DNA of 64,000 nucleotides, taken from positions 36,342,304 to 36,406,303 of the forward strand of contig NC_092671.1 in assembly GCF_964355755.1 (NCBI RefSeq), in the 5' to 3' direction. The notes under the pieces are model-generated. The model worked only from the letters and a program-made list of their open reading frames with translations, ran no database searches and was not told the DNA's origin. The translations under genes were made by a program, and so were the position numbers. Every line of letters begins with the position of its first letter. The first letter of the stretch is position 1. Positions 1-15,100 of the stretch are shown piece after piece. Origin of the DNA: Antedon mediterranea (taxonomy: Eukaryota; Animalia; Echinodermata).

Positions 1-173
1 ATGGATATTGAATCAGTTGTTTGCATGCTACCATTAATAAAGACATGTTCACCATTCACATGGAGTGTAGATGCATAGGATCCATCTTGACGAATTGTTA
101 CTGATGTCTGGCCAAATTGCATTGCTATTGCATCCAAGCAAATTCCATCACTTGTGCACACAACTTGACTAAT
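1..173 (-). CDS. Exon, continuation of fifth VWD domain (runs off window)
   Basis: ttgcag|ATT AGT CAA; ISQVVCTSDGICLDAIAMQFG. Confidence 0.85.
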   Translation of the reverse strand, partial: MSQVVCTSDGICLDAIAMQFGQTSVTIRQDGSYASTLHVNGEHVFINGSMQTTDSIS

Positions 174-3100
174 CTGCAATTAAAAATTTCAAATTTGTAT
201 CCAATCTGGTTTAATAATAATAATAATAATAAATTCTAAAACAATGTTATATTATTAAATAGTCAAATTGTATATACATAATCTAATAGTTCTACTTTTA
301 CAATGGTTCATAACTATATAAGAGATTTTTACCTGTACTTTGAATGATTCAACTTCTAAGAGCGTATAAATTCCAATATCTTCAAATGTAAAGTAGTGTT
401 CATTGAAATTCACAAACGTGCCCGATCTTGCTGAACAGACGGTAACATGGCGTTCTGGTAAGGGTAGCTCAACTAAAGCACAATCGGCTCCAGACCAACC
501 ATGACTACACACACTACAATCAGTACTTCCTAACCAGTTGTCACTGCAATCACACCTGCCTGTTGTCACGTTACAACTACCATGATAATCACATGGTGAA
601 AATGATCCACCATCACAGAAACCAGAGCACTGCTCACCCCAAAAGCCAGGCTCACAATTACAAACACCACTAGAGTAACTGCCAAAATAACACTCTTGGT
701 TACAATCAGATCCTGATAATATTGGGAAGTCAGTAAAGTTGTTACAAAGAGCTCCTGCTGGCCATTCATCCAGATTGAGAACTACTTGGCATTCGCTGCT
801 GAAATCCATTACCGCGCCAATAGCCGATGTTGCATCTCCTGTCAGTGCTGTGACATATAAACATGCGTGGTAATGATACTGAGCTGATGAAATCATAACA
901 GAACATTCTACGCTAAGCGGACCATCATAGATGTACGAAAGGCATGTTGATATTGCGTAGTCTTGTATGTGAATGCTTGTATAATAAACTGATAGTCTGA
1001 ATGTGATATCTACGTAGATTCTTAATGGCGTGTTATACACAGTCCATATTGGAGGTCTGTATGTTGGAAATACAAGTTGTACATTGCTCACTCTGTCCAC
1101 TACAGTTGTGCCAATTCCGGTGTTGAGAGGCCAGTATATTATCAAGTTTGATTCATATCGTCTGTAAATACGGGAATAACTGATTTCAATTTCTGATGAT
1201 GAGAACCTGCGACCCCAACACGAGAAGCCAGTAATATAACCAACAAATCCACTAGATGGTCTATTGGTATAACCTCCTAATGGAGTTTGCCAGCTTCCAA
1301 AACTAATCGTTCCTCCTTCAGACGAATAAACATGTGGTCTGATATTAATATACCGCCAACTTAAGATTCCTGTAGAGTCTGATAGATATAGGTCAATCCT
1401 TCCAGTGAAACTGTTGTACACCAGTGACATCAAATACCATTGATTTGACACCAACATATCAGTTGGATAAAAGTAATCACCATCATATACATAGACAAGG
1501 CCATTTTCAAGTGAGATTGAGAAAGTTTGAGTCTTAGAGTAACTGTAGATTGTTCCGAATGAAGACGATGGTTTAAAATAGAACTGTATAGTAGTCTGTT
1601 CAACTGAGAGTAACCCATCCAAAAGAACGGAGCTGACAACACCAGATTCACTGAAAAACAAGGCATAGCCTGATGGATCTACCGGATAGTTTATGAAAAC
1701 TGTGCCACTGTATGCCCTAACAAAAACACTTCTGCTACTGGTGATTCTCAGAGCATTGCACACACTAATTAACAACTCTTGGCTTAATGGAAATCTTCCT
1801 GAATACACAGCAATTCCAAGATGTTTTATTGCGCATATTGGGTCATCATCGGTCGATGTACATGTTGTCTCACGCACGCTACAAGGCCCACATAATCCTA
1901 AACTTGTAGCGCAACTATTCTCAGATGTATCGATATCAATATTAATGTGGATACCGAATAAATGGATGCGTACTTCTATGTCAGATATTTTGATGTCATA
2001 ACGTCCATCAGCTACACGCGTAATAACCAGTTCACTGTTTTGAGTACCATAAGTAGCACTTGATTCAATTTCAATTGTTTGATTATTTACGATGATCAAC
2101 GGTGCTATTGAGTCACCTGTTGAGGCAGATATGACTATTTCAGTGGTAGCTGTAACTACCCCAAAAGCTTCCACACAGGCATCTTGACCACCACACGGCG
2201 TCTGACGTATTTGGAATTCTACAAGTTCATTTTGATAAAATATATAATCACCGGTATCCACGAATGAAATACTTGATCCATCGAATTGCGTGAAGAATCC
2301 ATTACCAAAGACAGAACAACGACTTGATAACGCCTGTGAAATGTCAGTCACAACAATAGAACAGTCTGAACCTGTCCAACCCTGTGAACATGTTATACAG
2401 TTTGTAGTATCATCCCAGTTATCATCGCAAACACATCTACCATTTTCCTGCTGACAATATCCGTGACCACCGCAAGTAGAAGATGAACCACCATAACAGA
2501 TGTTATTACACGTACTGCCCCAATATCCTTCGGCACAGACACATTTCTCGTTTTCAGTGTTTCTGGGATCTTCATGGAAGTAACACTGGATATCACAATT
2601 TCCTCCACGCCATATCGGTGCGTAAACACCAGTGAATCTGTTACAAAGAATCGCAGCTGGTAACATACCTGCAGGAAGGCATTCGTCTGCCAGAGCTAAA
2701 GTTGAGTCTAAAACACTGTATAAATCGTTCGAAAATGCATAGTCAATCTCACATGTATACATATAGTAAGAAATTGTTTCTTCGGTGACATTACAAGATG
2801 TTGAAAGTGCTAAGTAGCGTAGGTTGTCTTCACATGCTTGAGTGATTCTAAATTCGGTTTCCAGATCGGTGAACGAAAACATATATAATGTTTCAATGAT
2901 TTGAATATTGACGTACGAGTATCTCCATGTAGGACTAGAAGCCCAGTCGATATCAGTGACTGTAAAATGAGATGAACCAATATAATCCTCAACATCATAA
3001 CCCTGGCCTTCATTCAATTTCCACAGTGCCCCAAGTCCTTCAGAAGTCTCTAGTACGTTGACACCAATGTTGTTTTGAATATCATACAAAATCAAAGCTC

Positions 3101-6100
3101 TTTGCCATACTTTAATTTCATCAATAGATCCAATAAAACTAGTTCTTATTAGATCTTCTAAGTCTGGATTGTAAATAATGGTTCGAGATTGAGGAGAAAT
3201 AAAACCTGATGTTGATGGTTGTTTTTTACCGATTGCAAAGTATCCGCCGTTAATGAACGGGTCAATAAGAGTTTTAAACATATGGTACTTTTGCGTAACA
3301 TCACCCATAGGAGATACAAGGTTAAACTCAAGCTTTTTGCTATTTCGAATCCACACCAAAATAATCTGGTACCATTTACCAGAATCGTCTATAGCGATCT
3401 TAGTATCAAACCTTTCACTGCCAACTTCAACCCAAAGAGTTGTGTCAATATATACCGTTATAGATGTATGGCAGCCATAAGAGAAGATTATTCCTGGACT
3501 CAATTCGTCAAACACTATCTGGAAATCTAACGTGACGTCAGCATTATCATCAAATGTATCTTCTACAACAGTTGATACTAAACTGGAATCATCAAAATGA
3601 AGGGAGAACCCGCCACCGGTGATATTCCTTTGTTCATAGTAGCCTCCTTGGTAGTATAATCCAGTGAATAGTGAATCTTCTTCTGACACCAGCCACGGCT
3701 TCTGAGATATTATATCAGTGTAAGATGTGATGTCATCACCAACGTTATCATTACATGATCCGCAAATTCCACTTGCACTCTCACATTTAGATGATGTAGT
3801 CACTTCCAAAGAAAACGATAAATATCTATCAATTACTCTAATTTGTATAGACACGTCAGATCCTTTAATTACGTAGTCGTCTGATGAAATTTGTTCGAAT
3901 TCAAAAGTATTAAACTGTGCTGTTTTGTTGTAGTAAACAGGAATGTTATTGTTCCAGAGAAGCAACCGGTCTGCAGTTGTATATCCTGCACGCAAGATAA
4001 TAGTTTCTTTTTCTTTCCATTTTGAAACAGCAAGAGCAACAACACATGAAGACATAGTATAACATGGTAGAATCCGAAGCTGAATGTTTATATCATTAGG
4101 ATATAATAAAACATGATGTTCTCCAATTTCTTTAAAGTCAAACCGTCCAGCATCGAAATTAATAACATGTCCCTGACCAAACATGCTGCATGTTGGATAT
4201 TGAGGCGGTTCTGGAGGAGGCCCATCAAAAGCAGCACAATCATCTCCAGACCAGCCTAGGTCACATTCTAAACAGTTTGTGTGAGGTGACCATCTGATCT
4301 CACATTGGCAGTCACCAGTTTGTTTATTGCAGTAGCCATGGTGGTTACATGTATTGTCAGGTGCCAGTGGGCAAGACTTATCACAAATAACTCCCCAGTG
4401 ATCGTCATCACACACACAATTACCAACCTCGTCAAAAGAACCGAAAATACACTCAGTTCCATCGCAGCCAAGTAGCAAAGAAAATTCAAAATCATCGACA
4501 TTCGTACAATTTAACTCAATTTCTTTTTGAAGGACTGATTCACAATACGTTCTGTAGGCTTTAACAGCAAATGATAGATCATACAAAGATCCTGCATAGG
4601 CTATATCCACAATACACATTTCATAGTAAAAAAGTGCCGCAGACTGTCCTAAAGTGTCACACTGGATACGTATCTGTCCTTGTAGAATCCATTCTGTGCA
4701 TGCTATTTCTGCATCTTCTCTCGATGGATTCGATGTAAATTTTGAATACACCCGCTTTACTTCAGAACTTGATGTGGATGTAAGAGGATCCGATTGTAAT
4801 GGGGCGTTTCCGAGCCACCAAATTGGGCCACCTACTTGTGAAAAGAAAATTCCATAATTGTTGATTGTATCGTAAGTTGAAAATCCAAATCCATTTGAAA
4901 ATTTCCATAGACCACTTAAGCCATCAGCTTTCTACAAAATGAATAAAATAACCATTATTTATTATTTATTTTGTAACATCATTTTACATATTTTCACTGT
5001 ATTAAATTGTAGACTTGTCTGATGCAATGTTATCAAGTTTGCTTTTAAGGAGGAAAAACAATTTCTATCTAAAAAAATTATATAGCACTTACTTCAATAA
5101 TGTTCAATGTATAACTTTGCCAAATTGTTAACACATCTAGTCTTTGTTTCCATATTCTCAGTTCATCAATGTGACCAACAAATCTAGTAGCTGGAGGGGT
5201 TTCACGTTCTGGATTATTTCCAGATTGCCAAAGACCAAGTCCAATCTTTCCACCAGGTAAGAACAATCCTTCCATTGTAGTGTACGAATACCCGTTCATT
5301 ATACCATTGTCATCAATCACGTAAAGTGACAGGCCACTAGAATCTCTATGATACGTAAATGCGATGTAACACCATCTATTAGTTGTTGTCACAATCTTTG
5401 TTACTATCACTTGATAGTCAATATGTATTTTTATGTACACGTCGTTAGTTATTGCAAAACGGTGGTCAGTTTCTATGTTGATGTATGAAAACAAAGTTCC
5501 ACCATATCCTACAGCATCCTTTCCTTTCACATACATCTCAATTGTTACGTCAGCATCAGGATCAAAAGTTTTGTCCAAAGACTCGGAGATACACCCAGAA
5601 TCGTTAAAAAAGAGGTTAAAACCTCCGTCACTAAAGTGTCGATCTTCACCATAAATACCATAATTGTAAATAAACTTTGTAGTGACGTTGAAAGGAATTC
5701 TACAGGCATCTGAAAATGGACCATTAAGAATGGCAAATGTTAAGTTGCTAACCGGTAGAAAGGTGCCGGTGGAAATAGGAAAATCGTTACTGTTGTCTTC
5801 GTCGCAGAGCCCGCATATTGATGAATAACTTGCAGAGCAGAGTGATCTTGCAGTAGCTACAACCAAGCTAATGAAATGGGTATCGATGGTAATAGTAATG
5901 TTTGCCTGAGTTGCATGACTCAAACTATACTGAGCACCTGATATTCTGTCAAGTATGAAGTTATTTCCAAGATCTACTGCTTGTTTGCTTGTAAAAGGAG
6001 AACCGTTTACAAGTACAACATACTCTGTGTCTTCAGTATAAGGAACGCGAACTTGAATATCAGCCGTCTGAATATTTATCCATACAGAATTTATGCAATG

Positions 6101-9100
6101 ACTATCGCTTCCACATGGAACTTGACGGGCATTAATGGTCATTAACTCATTTGATGTTAAAATAAATTCGCCATCTGAATGCAAGTCAAATGCTGTTCCG
6201 TCAAAGTTGACATAATGAGAGTAACTGGACACAGAGCAAACTGCAAACGAGACATCAGGTTGTAAGTCTACGACAGCAATTGAGCATTCACTACCATACC
6301 AGCCATATGCACATGTGATACAGGATGAATCCAAGTCATAAAATAGTGGACATTCGCATACTCCTTCTACAGGATCACAAACACCGTTGTCACCACAAGG
6401 TTTATCTGATCCTCCTGGACATTGGTATTGGCAGCTTTCTCCCCAGTAGCCGTCCAGACAAATACACTGATCAGAGTTCTGTCTTATTTCTCTCGAAACG
6501 CATTTGATATCGCATGATGCTCCTATCCAATCAGGAAATGGCCTACCAACAAATGTGTTACATTGGTTTTGTGATGGTAAAGTTGGTAATAGATTTACTA
6601 CCATACAATGCCAACTATATGCCATAAATATCTCCATTGTCCAGATGTTTGAACCGGAAAATTTCCCATCCCTTACACACTGTAGATAATAGAAGTCAGT
6701 GAGGTCTAAACTGTTGCAAACTGTATATATTTCTGAAGGCTGGTATAATAGATTATAACAGAACTTTTCTAGCAATTGTGCTGAGGATGTGTTGTATTGA
6801 TTTAAAGAATATAATTCAGAAATTGTGTAACTTTCACGCTGTACAATTGCATCTGAATACACCCATTGCGAGCTTGGCCATAAAGTATCTTGTTCGAATC
6901 TTAAGTGTCCTGTAGAAACGCTATCATAAACACTTGACCCTTGACCTTCGTTAAAACTCCAAAGACTTGCAAGATTGACAGTTGATGGAGGAATATATAG
7001 GTTTAAGTGTAATAATAATTCAGAAAGCACAAATCGTCGATTCCATATTTTGAACTCATCAATAGTACCAGTAAAACCTTTATAAGGTCTTTCACCAATA
7101 TTTGATGGTAGAGATTTCCATTGTCCAAGTACAAACACACCTCCTGGAGAATATATATTAATTGTTGATGTAAATATAGCTCTATTGGATTGTCCAGAGG
7201 CATCAATGAGGTACATTCTGAGAATAAAGTTTGACTTCTCCCATACTAAAGATACTTGATACCAGTTATCAACCACCACACCAAAGTCAGTTATTACAGT
7301 GTTGGTGCTGTCTATTAGAGTGAATGAGTTATCGCAGTATACCAGAGCAAAAGTTGTTATTTTTGCATATGAGAAGACAACTCCACAACCTGTGTGATCT
7401 TTTCCAATCTTGAGATTAAATTCAATGGTGACATCAGAATCTGTGAATGTGTGAATTTCATTAGAAACAATGCTGGTGTCATCAAAGAAAATTGCATAAC
7501 CCGCTGCTGAATTTTCAATGTCACGTATCTCTCCAATTCCGTCATCTCCGTATACAAACAATGATGTTGCGTTCAGATTTATTCGCCATGATGATCCAAA
7601 TATGCTATGGATACTACTTTGGTTGAGTGCTGTTTCTTGGATAATTAATCCTTCTTTAGTAATGAATTCATTGAGTTGGTTCTGATCGCAATTTCCAAGA
7701 AGACCAATGGCACTACTGCATTCACTATTGTCAATAAATTGTAACCTTAGATCTAAATATCTTCCTTGAACCACAATAATTATTGTATACAATCCAGAGT
7801 TCTTAATTTCGTAATGATTAAATGAGATTCTTGAAACAGAAACATTAGATTCTAACTGGATAACTGTTCCGATATCAATTCTTTTTCCATTACGCCAGAT
7901 TATTCCATCAAAATCACTATCATCAAGTCTACCATGGAAGACAAATGTATCTCTATTTATCTTAAATGCTGCTGCGTTGATACAAGTTGTTTTAGCTGTT
8001 ACAAAACAAGGAACAAGACGTATGTGTCCAAGGAGATTGGCAGTTTGAACCAGCATATGTTCTCCAGTGCCATAGAAAATGTAGTTAGCACCGTCAAATG
8101 TTGTGAAATGTCCCTGGCCAAACGACATGCCGTAGTATAAATATTCAGAAAGCGTTGTTAATTTCACCGAGCAATCAGTTCCTAGCCAACCTTGTTCACA
8201 TACACTGCAGTTTGAGTGTGGTTCAGCGTTGATGTCACAACCACAACTGCCATCATCAGGGGAACAGACACCGTTACCATAACAAGGATTAATTGCTCCA
8301 CCAGGGCATTCGTATTCACAGGTGTCACCCCAGTATCCTTCGTTGCAAACGCAAACACCTGGATATGTGACATTTGCTAGCCGATCCTACAAAACAATGA
8401 TACAGTAGCCAATGAACACTTTTACATGGTATAGTTTAGCTATATTCACATTCTCCGTAAGCCTGGATTCGGTCCAGTGGCCAGAGAAAACTCAAGACTG
8501 GAATTTAAATCAATCTGGGATGAGTTAGTATGAATTCTATTCTTAAGCTCTGTCTACACTATCAAACTAGTTTGACAAAAAAGTGTGATGTGCCAAAATA
8601 TGGTAGTGATATACTCAAATATGGTAGTGATATGACACCAGCATGTCCATATATGGGCATATCACATTTTTTTATCACATAAAATTTGATAGTGTAGACA
8701 AGGCTTTAGACACTACACGTATTTTTCGTGAGCCACCCGTCTGGAATCCGTAGCTTAACAGAGGACATACATATTCTGTATGTGTATCCTAAAATTCTTA
8801 TATTTATGAAAACATCTTACAACATCATTGTTGATATAACCATAAATATAATTGAAATCAATTATATACTTACATCATACTGGTCCTGTTCCAATCCAGT
8901 ACATCGTTTAGGGTAAGTTGGATAAGCAGTCACATCATGTCTCTGGTTGGAAACTAGGTAGGCTATATACCAGGTTACATTAACTGTATTATCTGAAACT
9001 CTGTGTAAACAAATAATAATTTAAAAACCAATTTGTAAAATAATTTTACAGCACAATTAATAGACCAAGTGATGAGAAGAAGATATGGAGAGACTGATAT

Positions 9101-12100
9101 AAGCCTACATATTAAATTAGTCTAGTACTAATATTATCTCAATTACATTATAGTGAAACAAATGAAGAGCAATATTACTTACCTCACTTTAAACATATTA
9201 GTATGTTTGCCTGGTTTAAATTTAGAAGGCTGGCCTTGGTTCTCATTGATAGTAATAAACTCATCTTCATTAGAAAAATGGAATCTATTATCAGGTCCTT
9301 TAAGGAATGAAGAACAATAGTAAAGAAAATGTATTAGTAATACAGTGTCGAGATATTTTATTACTTTTTCTGAAAATGAACCTAAAATATAAATGAGAAC
9401 ACGTTTGAAATACTCGCATATAAGTGTATTCTCTTGATGTAAAAAAGTGTTAAAAAATTGAAATCTTATAAAGAGTGTTGCTATTAGATGAAAACCTTGT
9501 TAAACTAGTAATTTAGTTACAAAGGTTCATAGTTCAATTTATTTATCCATACGGAAATTCATGTGACATACAATTGCTCAAAGTTAAAAGGTTAATACAA
9601 TAAAATTACATAGCAACAAAATTCAACGATTATTAAAATGTCTAATTGAGTACGGAACAAAAGAATTAAGGAAGTGTTTTGTTCTACAACGTGTAGCCCT
9701 CAAACGCCTTCCAGATCTCAACCATTGAAAATCACTATAGAGTGGATGACTATACTATACTATTATATAGTAAAGTAACTTACCAATAGCAATGTAAACA
9801 TTATGTTCATTATCATTTTCATATCCAAACCATACTGTATAACCCGTGCCATTAGAAACAGATTCTACACAATTGACAACTGGCTGAACTAAATTCTGAC
9901 CTCCAACACCATCCAATGGGTCAATGTATACTCCTTGTCCCACATGGCATTCTTCTACGCAGGCTTCTCCGAAACGACCTAAAATTGGAAATTAGAGCAG
10001 TTTATTTCACAGTAGAATATAAACGTGATCTTACATCTTAAAGTCTAGTTTTACAATTATTAGGTTAAACCCCTTATTTTAAAATCCTTGATTTAATTTA
10101 TTACACTAGAGATAGTAGATTTCTTTTGTTTTTTTAGTTAATCAATAAAAAGCCAAAGTAATTTGAAAGAAGTCCTTAACAGGTATAAAAATTTGAAATC
10201 TTACTACGTATGCATGTTTTACAGTCAGGTTCATCAAATCCCTCAAAACATTCATTGCAACTTGCTCCTGTCCAGAATCCATTCTCCTCATCTTTGTAAC
10301 ATTTACAAACATCTCCACCTTCAGTTTCAGCGTATCCATGGATACAAGCAACGCCACAGTCTGTATCATACCCGATGTATAACTCTTCGCATTTTTCGCA
10401 CATGTCTCCAGCATATCGAGGGCGGCAGCGTTCACAAACCTCACCACTAAAGCCAGGATAGCACACACATTGTGGAATTACGCCAATGTTGGTACAATTT
10501 CCTATAAAAGTCAATATGGTTTATTAGTGATGTTCCCAAATATGGTAGTGATATGCTTAAATATGGTAGTGATATGACATCATTATTTCCATACATGGGC
10601 ACATCACATTTTTTTGTCACATAAACTTTAGACAAGGCTTTAGAGACACTAAAAAGGACAGTGAAGAATGCTATCTATCAACGAAAAGCATTTTTTTTTT
10701 CATAAAACTTCATCCTTCAAATACATAGCATTATTTGAGCAAAGTAAACCCATAAACCTCACCAGTATACATGTCTCTTAAGCGTGGTTCCCACTAGCGA
10801 CGCAACGCAAGGACGTAACGCAACGCAAGTGAATTGACCAATCACAAGCGATGGCTTATTCGTTTGTGATTGCTATAACTTTGCTTGTCATTGGTTAAAA
10901 CGCTTGCGTTGCGTTTACGTCCTTGTGTTACGTTCTAGTGGGAACCAAGATACTTACCATTTGCATTACATTCAGGAGTACCTGGACAGTAGAATTCACT
11001 ACAGTCATCCCCTCTATATCCAGGTTTACACGAACAGATAGACTGACCTTCTCTTCGTAGACAACTACCGACATTTGAGCAGTCTGGTTCACCTGGACAA
11101 TCGAGCTGGTCACACATTTCACCCTTAAAACCTGCAATACACTCGCAGACACCTCCATTGCATACACCATTATCTGAACATTCTATATTACACTCAAGGC
11201 CAGAGTAGCAAGCATCGCATACACATCGACTGCTCTGTGGTGGAATCTCTTCACCATGGGTGCAGGGAATGTGACAATGACCACCAATCCATCCATCTGT
11301 ACAATTAACGCATGATGGTGGGTTAAAATTTATACCATCACAGTCACCTAAAAATAAACAATGAAATAATAATAATAAATAATATAATAATAATATTATA
11401 CAAACAACAATACAATACTAATTATATGATAACAAATATTAATCAGAACATCAGCAATAATTGTATCATATTAATTATGAATATTGTATGAACAATGACA
11501 AACAAGGAAAATCATCAAAGATGAACTCATAATACTGTATATTACGGAAATACTCAACATTTCTAAATCTCTAATATTGTTATGAGAATTTTGAATATTA
11601 CCCTTATTAGCTCTGTCTACACTATCAAACTAGTTTGACAAAACAAGTGTGATGTGTCCATTGTATGTGTCCATTTTTATTTGGGCATATCAGTATCATA
11701 TTTGGGTACATCACACTTTTTTTGTCAAACTAGTTTGATAGTGTAGACAGAGCTTAAGGTGATTGGATGAAGACTAGATACAAGTAATCTAAGTACAGTA
11801 AATTTTCTGTAAGTTACCTCTATTATTACAATCATCAGTACACTTAGGAATATTACAACCACTTCCTATCCATCCAGACTCACAAATACATTCCTGAGTA
11901 CCAAGTGAACATACACCATGACCTGTACAGTTACTGCCATCACCAGGACAACCACGATAGCTGCAATCCGGTCCTGCAAATGTTAAGAAATATTCAGTTT
12001 TAAACAAATTTGAACGCAACAAAAAGAGAAGAGTTGCTGCTGCACATATACACAAATTACACAGCTGGTAAAGAACAAAATTTAAACTCACCCCACCATG

Positions 12101-15100
12101 CCTGGTCACAAACACATTCTCCATTGTTACATTTTCCATGTCCGCTACATTCCAGATTACACTCGACACCACCAAAACATGTAGCACATTCACATGTCCT
12201 GTTCTGGGTTGTTGTGCCATTAACACACCGTTGTTGACACGCATATCCAGTATAACCATTATCGCATTCAATACAAAGAGGAATTCCTGTACTGCCGTCA
12301 CAGACACCATGACCGTTACAATCAGGATCACCAGGGCAATCTGGAATATGGCAACCTTCACCAAGCCATCCGTTATTGCAAAAACAAATAGATTCCTCAT
12401 CTGCATTCACAGTGCATATACCGTGATTAGAGCAAGGACTCCCAACACCCTTGCAGGATGGTTCTTCACAGTACAATCCCCAATTTCCAGGATTGAGTCC
12501 ATCATTATCTGCACAGTTGCATGTTTGTGTGTCATTTTCACAGATGCCTATACCATTACACGTTATGTCACAACTACGGCCATGCCAGCAACCATGCGTA
12601 CAAATACACTGACCACTGTTATCTGGGTATTGGTAGCCATTTTTAGGACCACATGGTATTTCACAAGCGACTCCCATCCATCCACTGTGACAATCACGGC
12701 ATTCTGGTTTGTCACCTCTATCATAGCAGTTTCCTCTGCCATTGCAATCTGGTTCCCCGGGACAATCAGCAGCTTCACAGCCTACTCCGAGCCAACCCTC
12801 ATTACAATAACACGTACCTACAAAAATGAATTAATATCGATTGGTATCACAATTTTTGTCTATATTATTATCAGTTTAGTACCTTTTAAACAAGAAAGGA
12901 ATGTAACTTACCAGCAATACAAGAGCCACGTCCTGAACAATCAAGGTCAAACTTTCCAGGACATCCTGGGTTACAGCAGAATTCACCTCGTCCTGGTCCA
13001 AAATTACAGTCACAGACACCATTTTCATTGCATGTACCATTTCCACAACACATAATATCACAACCAGGCCCATGAAAGCATGGGTCACATGTACAATTCC
13101 CAGAATCCATTGGGATCTGACTTCCATTAACACAAGGGTATTCACATGCTGGTCCCATCCACCCAGGGTCACAGTTTCTACACATAGGTGTTGGCTCTTC
13201 TGCAACGCAATCTCCTCTGTTGTTACAATCTGGTGTTCCTGGGCAATCCGGTAATTCACATCCATCTCCCTTCCAGCCACTTCGACAGTAACATTCACGT
13301 GTTGCGCGGTTACATTCTCCGTGACCACTACAATCTTCACCATACCCATAGCAACCTTGTATTTCACAAAACTGACCACGCCACGGGCCAAATTCACAGT
13401 CACAAGTATTGGTTGTAGTATTACATATTGTTGACTGGCCGTTACATAATAAGTTGCAGGATATACCATAGTAACAATCACTACACACACATTCCCATTC
13501 GTTATTGTCTGATCGAATTCCAACACCGTTTATACATTCTAATTCACAAGCGTCACCAATATAAGGAGGATCACAATTGATACAGCGTGGATATTCCTCG
13601 GTAGAATTATAGGAACATTCTCCTCGTCCGTAACAATCAGGAGTGCCAACACAATCTGGGTTTTCACATCCAATTCCTTTCCAACCTGCATCACAAATGC
13701 ATTGAAATGTGGCAAGATTACACTCCCCATGTCCATTACAATTTCCAGGGCAACCAGGTATTTGACAGAAGTCACCCTGAAAGCCAAGCTCAAAGGTGCA
13801 CTGGCATATTCCATTCTCACAGTTACCATTTCCAGAGCAGATGTTATTGCATCCCACACCATAGTAGCATGGATCGCATACACATTTATCACCATTAATG
13901 TTTGTTCCATGTTCGCATTTAACATTGCACACATCACCTGCCCATTTAGGGTAGCATTCGCACTGACGTGGCGTTGTACTTAAACACTGGCCATTACCTG
14001 AATAACAAAATATTGGAAAAGGTATTAAAAATGTAAACAAAATTTTATATAGAAATATGCAAGAAATTAATTATTTTTAATAAATTCTCACACAGATAAA
14101 GATTGTTTTTACTAAAATTAAAACTAAAGAATTGATTGTTAAGTGTATGCCACACCTAATGGTATATACAACTTCTAATTTTGATGTAGACAAAAATGTC
14201 TTGCCATACCTGAACAACTTGGAATGCCAGGACAGTCTGGGAAATCACATGCCTTACCAGACCATCCAGGATAGCAAGAGCATTTCTGAGTAGCGCTGTT
14301 ACAGTCTCCATGGTTACTGCACACAGGTTTTCCAGGACAGCCAACTTCTTCACATTGTTTACCAAGGAAGGTATTATCACAGACACATTTTTGTAGTTTT
14401 TGGTCGCATTTTCCTCTATTGGAGCATTCGCTGTTACATCCAAAGCCGGTGTAGCACGGTTCACATTCACAGAAGCCACTATCCATTGGAACTTGTGTTC
14501 CATGTGTGCATGGATCAGCGCACGCTGCTCCCATCCAGCCTTGTTTACAATTGGTACAAACTGGAGTGTCACGGTTTGTTCCATTACAGAAGCCTCTGTT
14601 GTTACAATCTTCTGGGCAGTCAGGAATCTCACATCCATCTCCTCTCCAACCAGGATAACAGAAACAAACTTGTATTGCAGAATTACAATCACCATGTCCA
14701 GAACAATCAATGTCAATGCCAGGACAACCAATGACCTCGCAATAGTCACCCCACCAACCTGGACTACATTCACACATTGAATTCCGACACTGACCATTGT
14801 TAGTACACTCTGCGGTACAGCCTTTACCAGAATAACATGGCTCACATACACAGTTGCCGCTATCCATAGGCACTTGACTACCATACAAACATGGTTCATT
14901 ACAATCCGGGCCCATCCAATTTGAACTGCAATTAGTACATTTAGGTGGATCAAAAGTAGTGTTGCAAAAACCTTGGTTATAACAATTTGGATGTCCAGGG
15001 CAATCTGGTAAATTGCATCCTTTTCCAGTCCATCCATTGTCACAGGTACACTTTTGAGTAGCCAAGTTACACTCTCCATGTCCAGAACAATCAATATTTT

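Noticed and set aside
12138-13055. 305-aa plus-strand ORF and the many other short shadow ORFs
   Set aside because: Antisense or off-frame shadows of Cys/Gly-rich codons; no recognisable motifs
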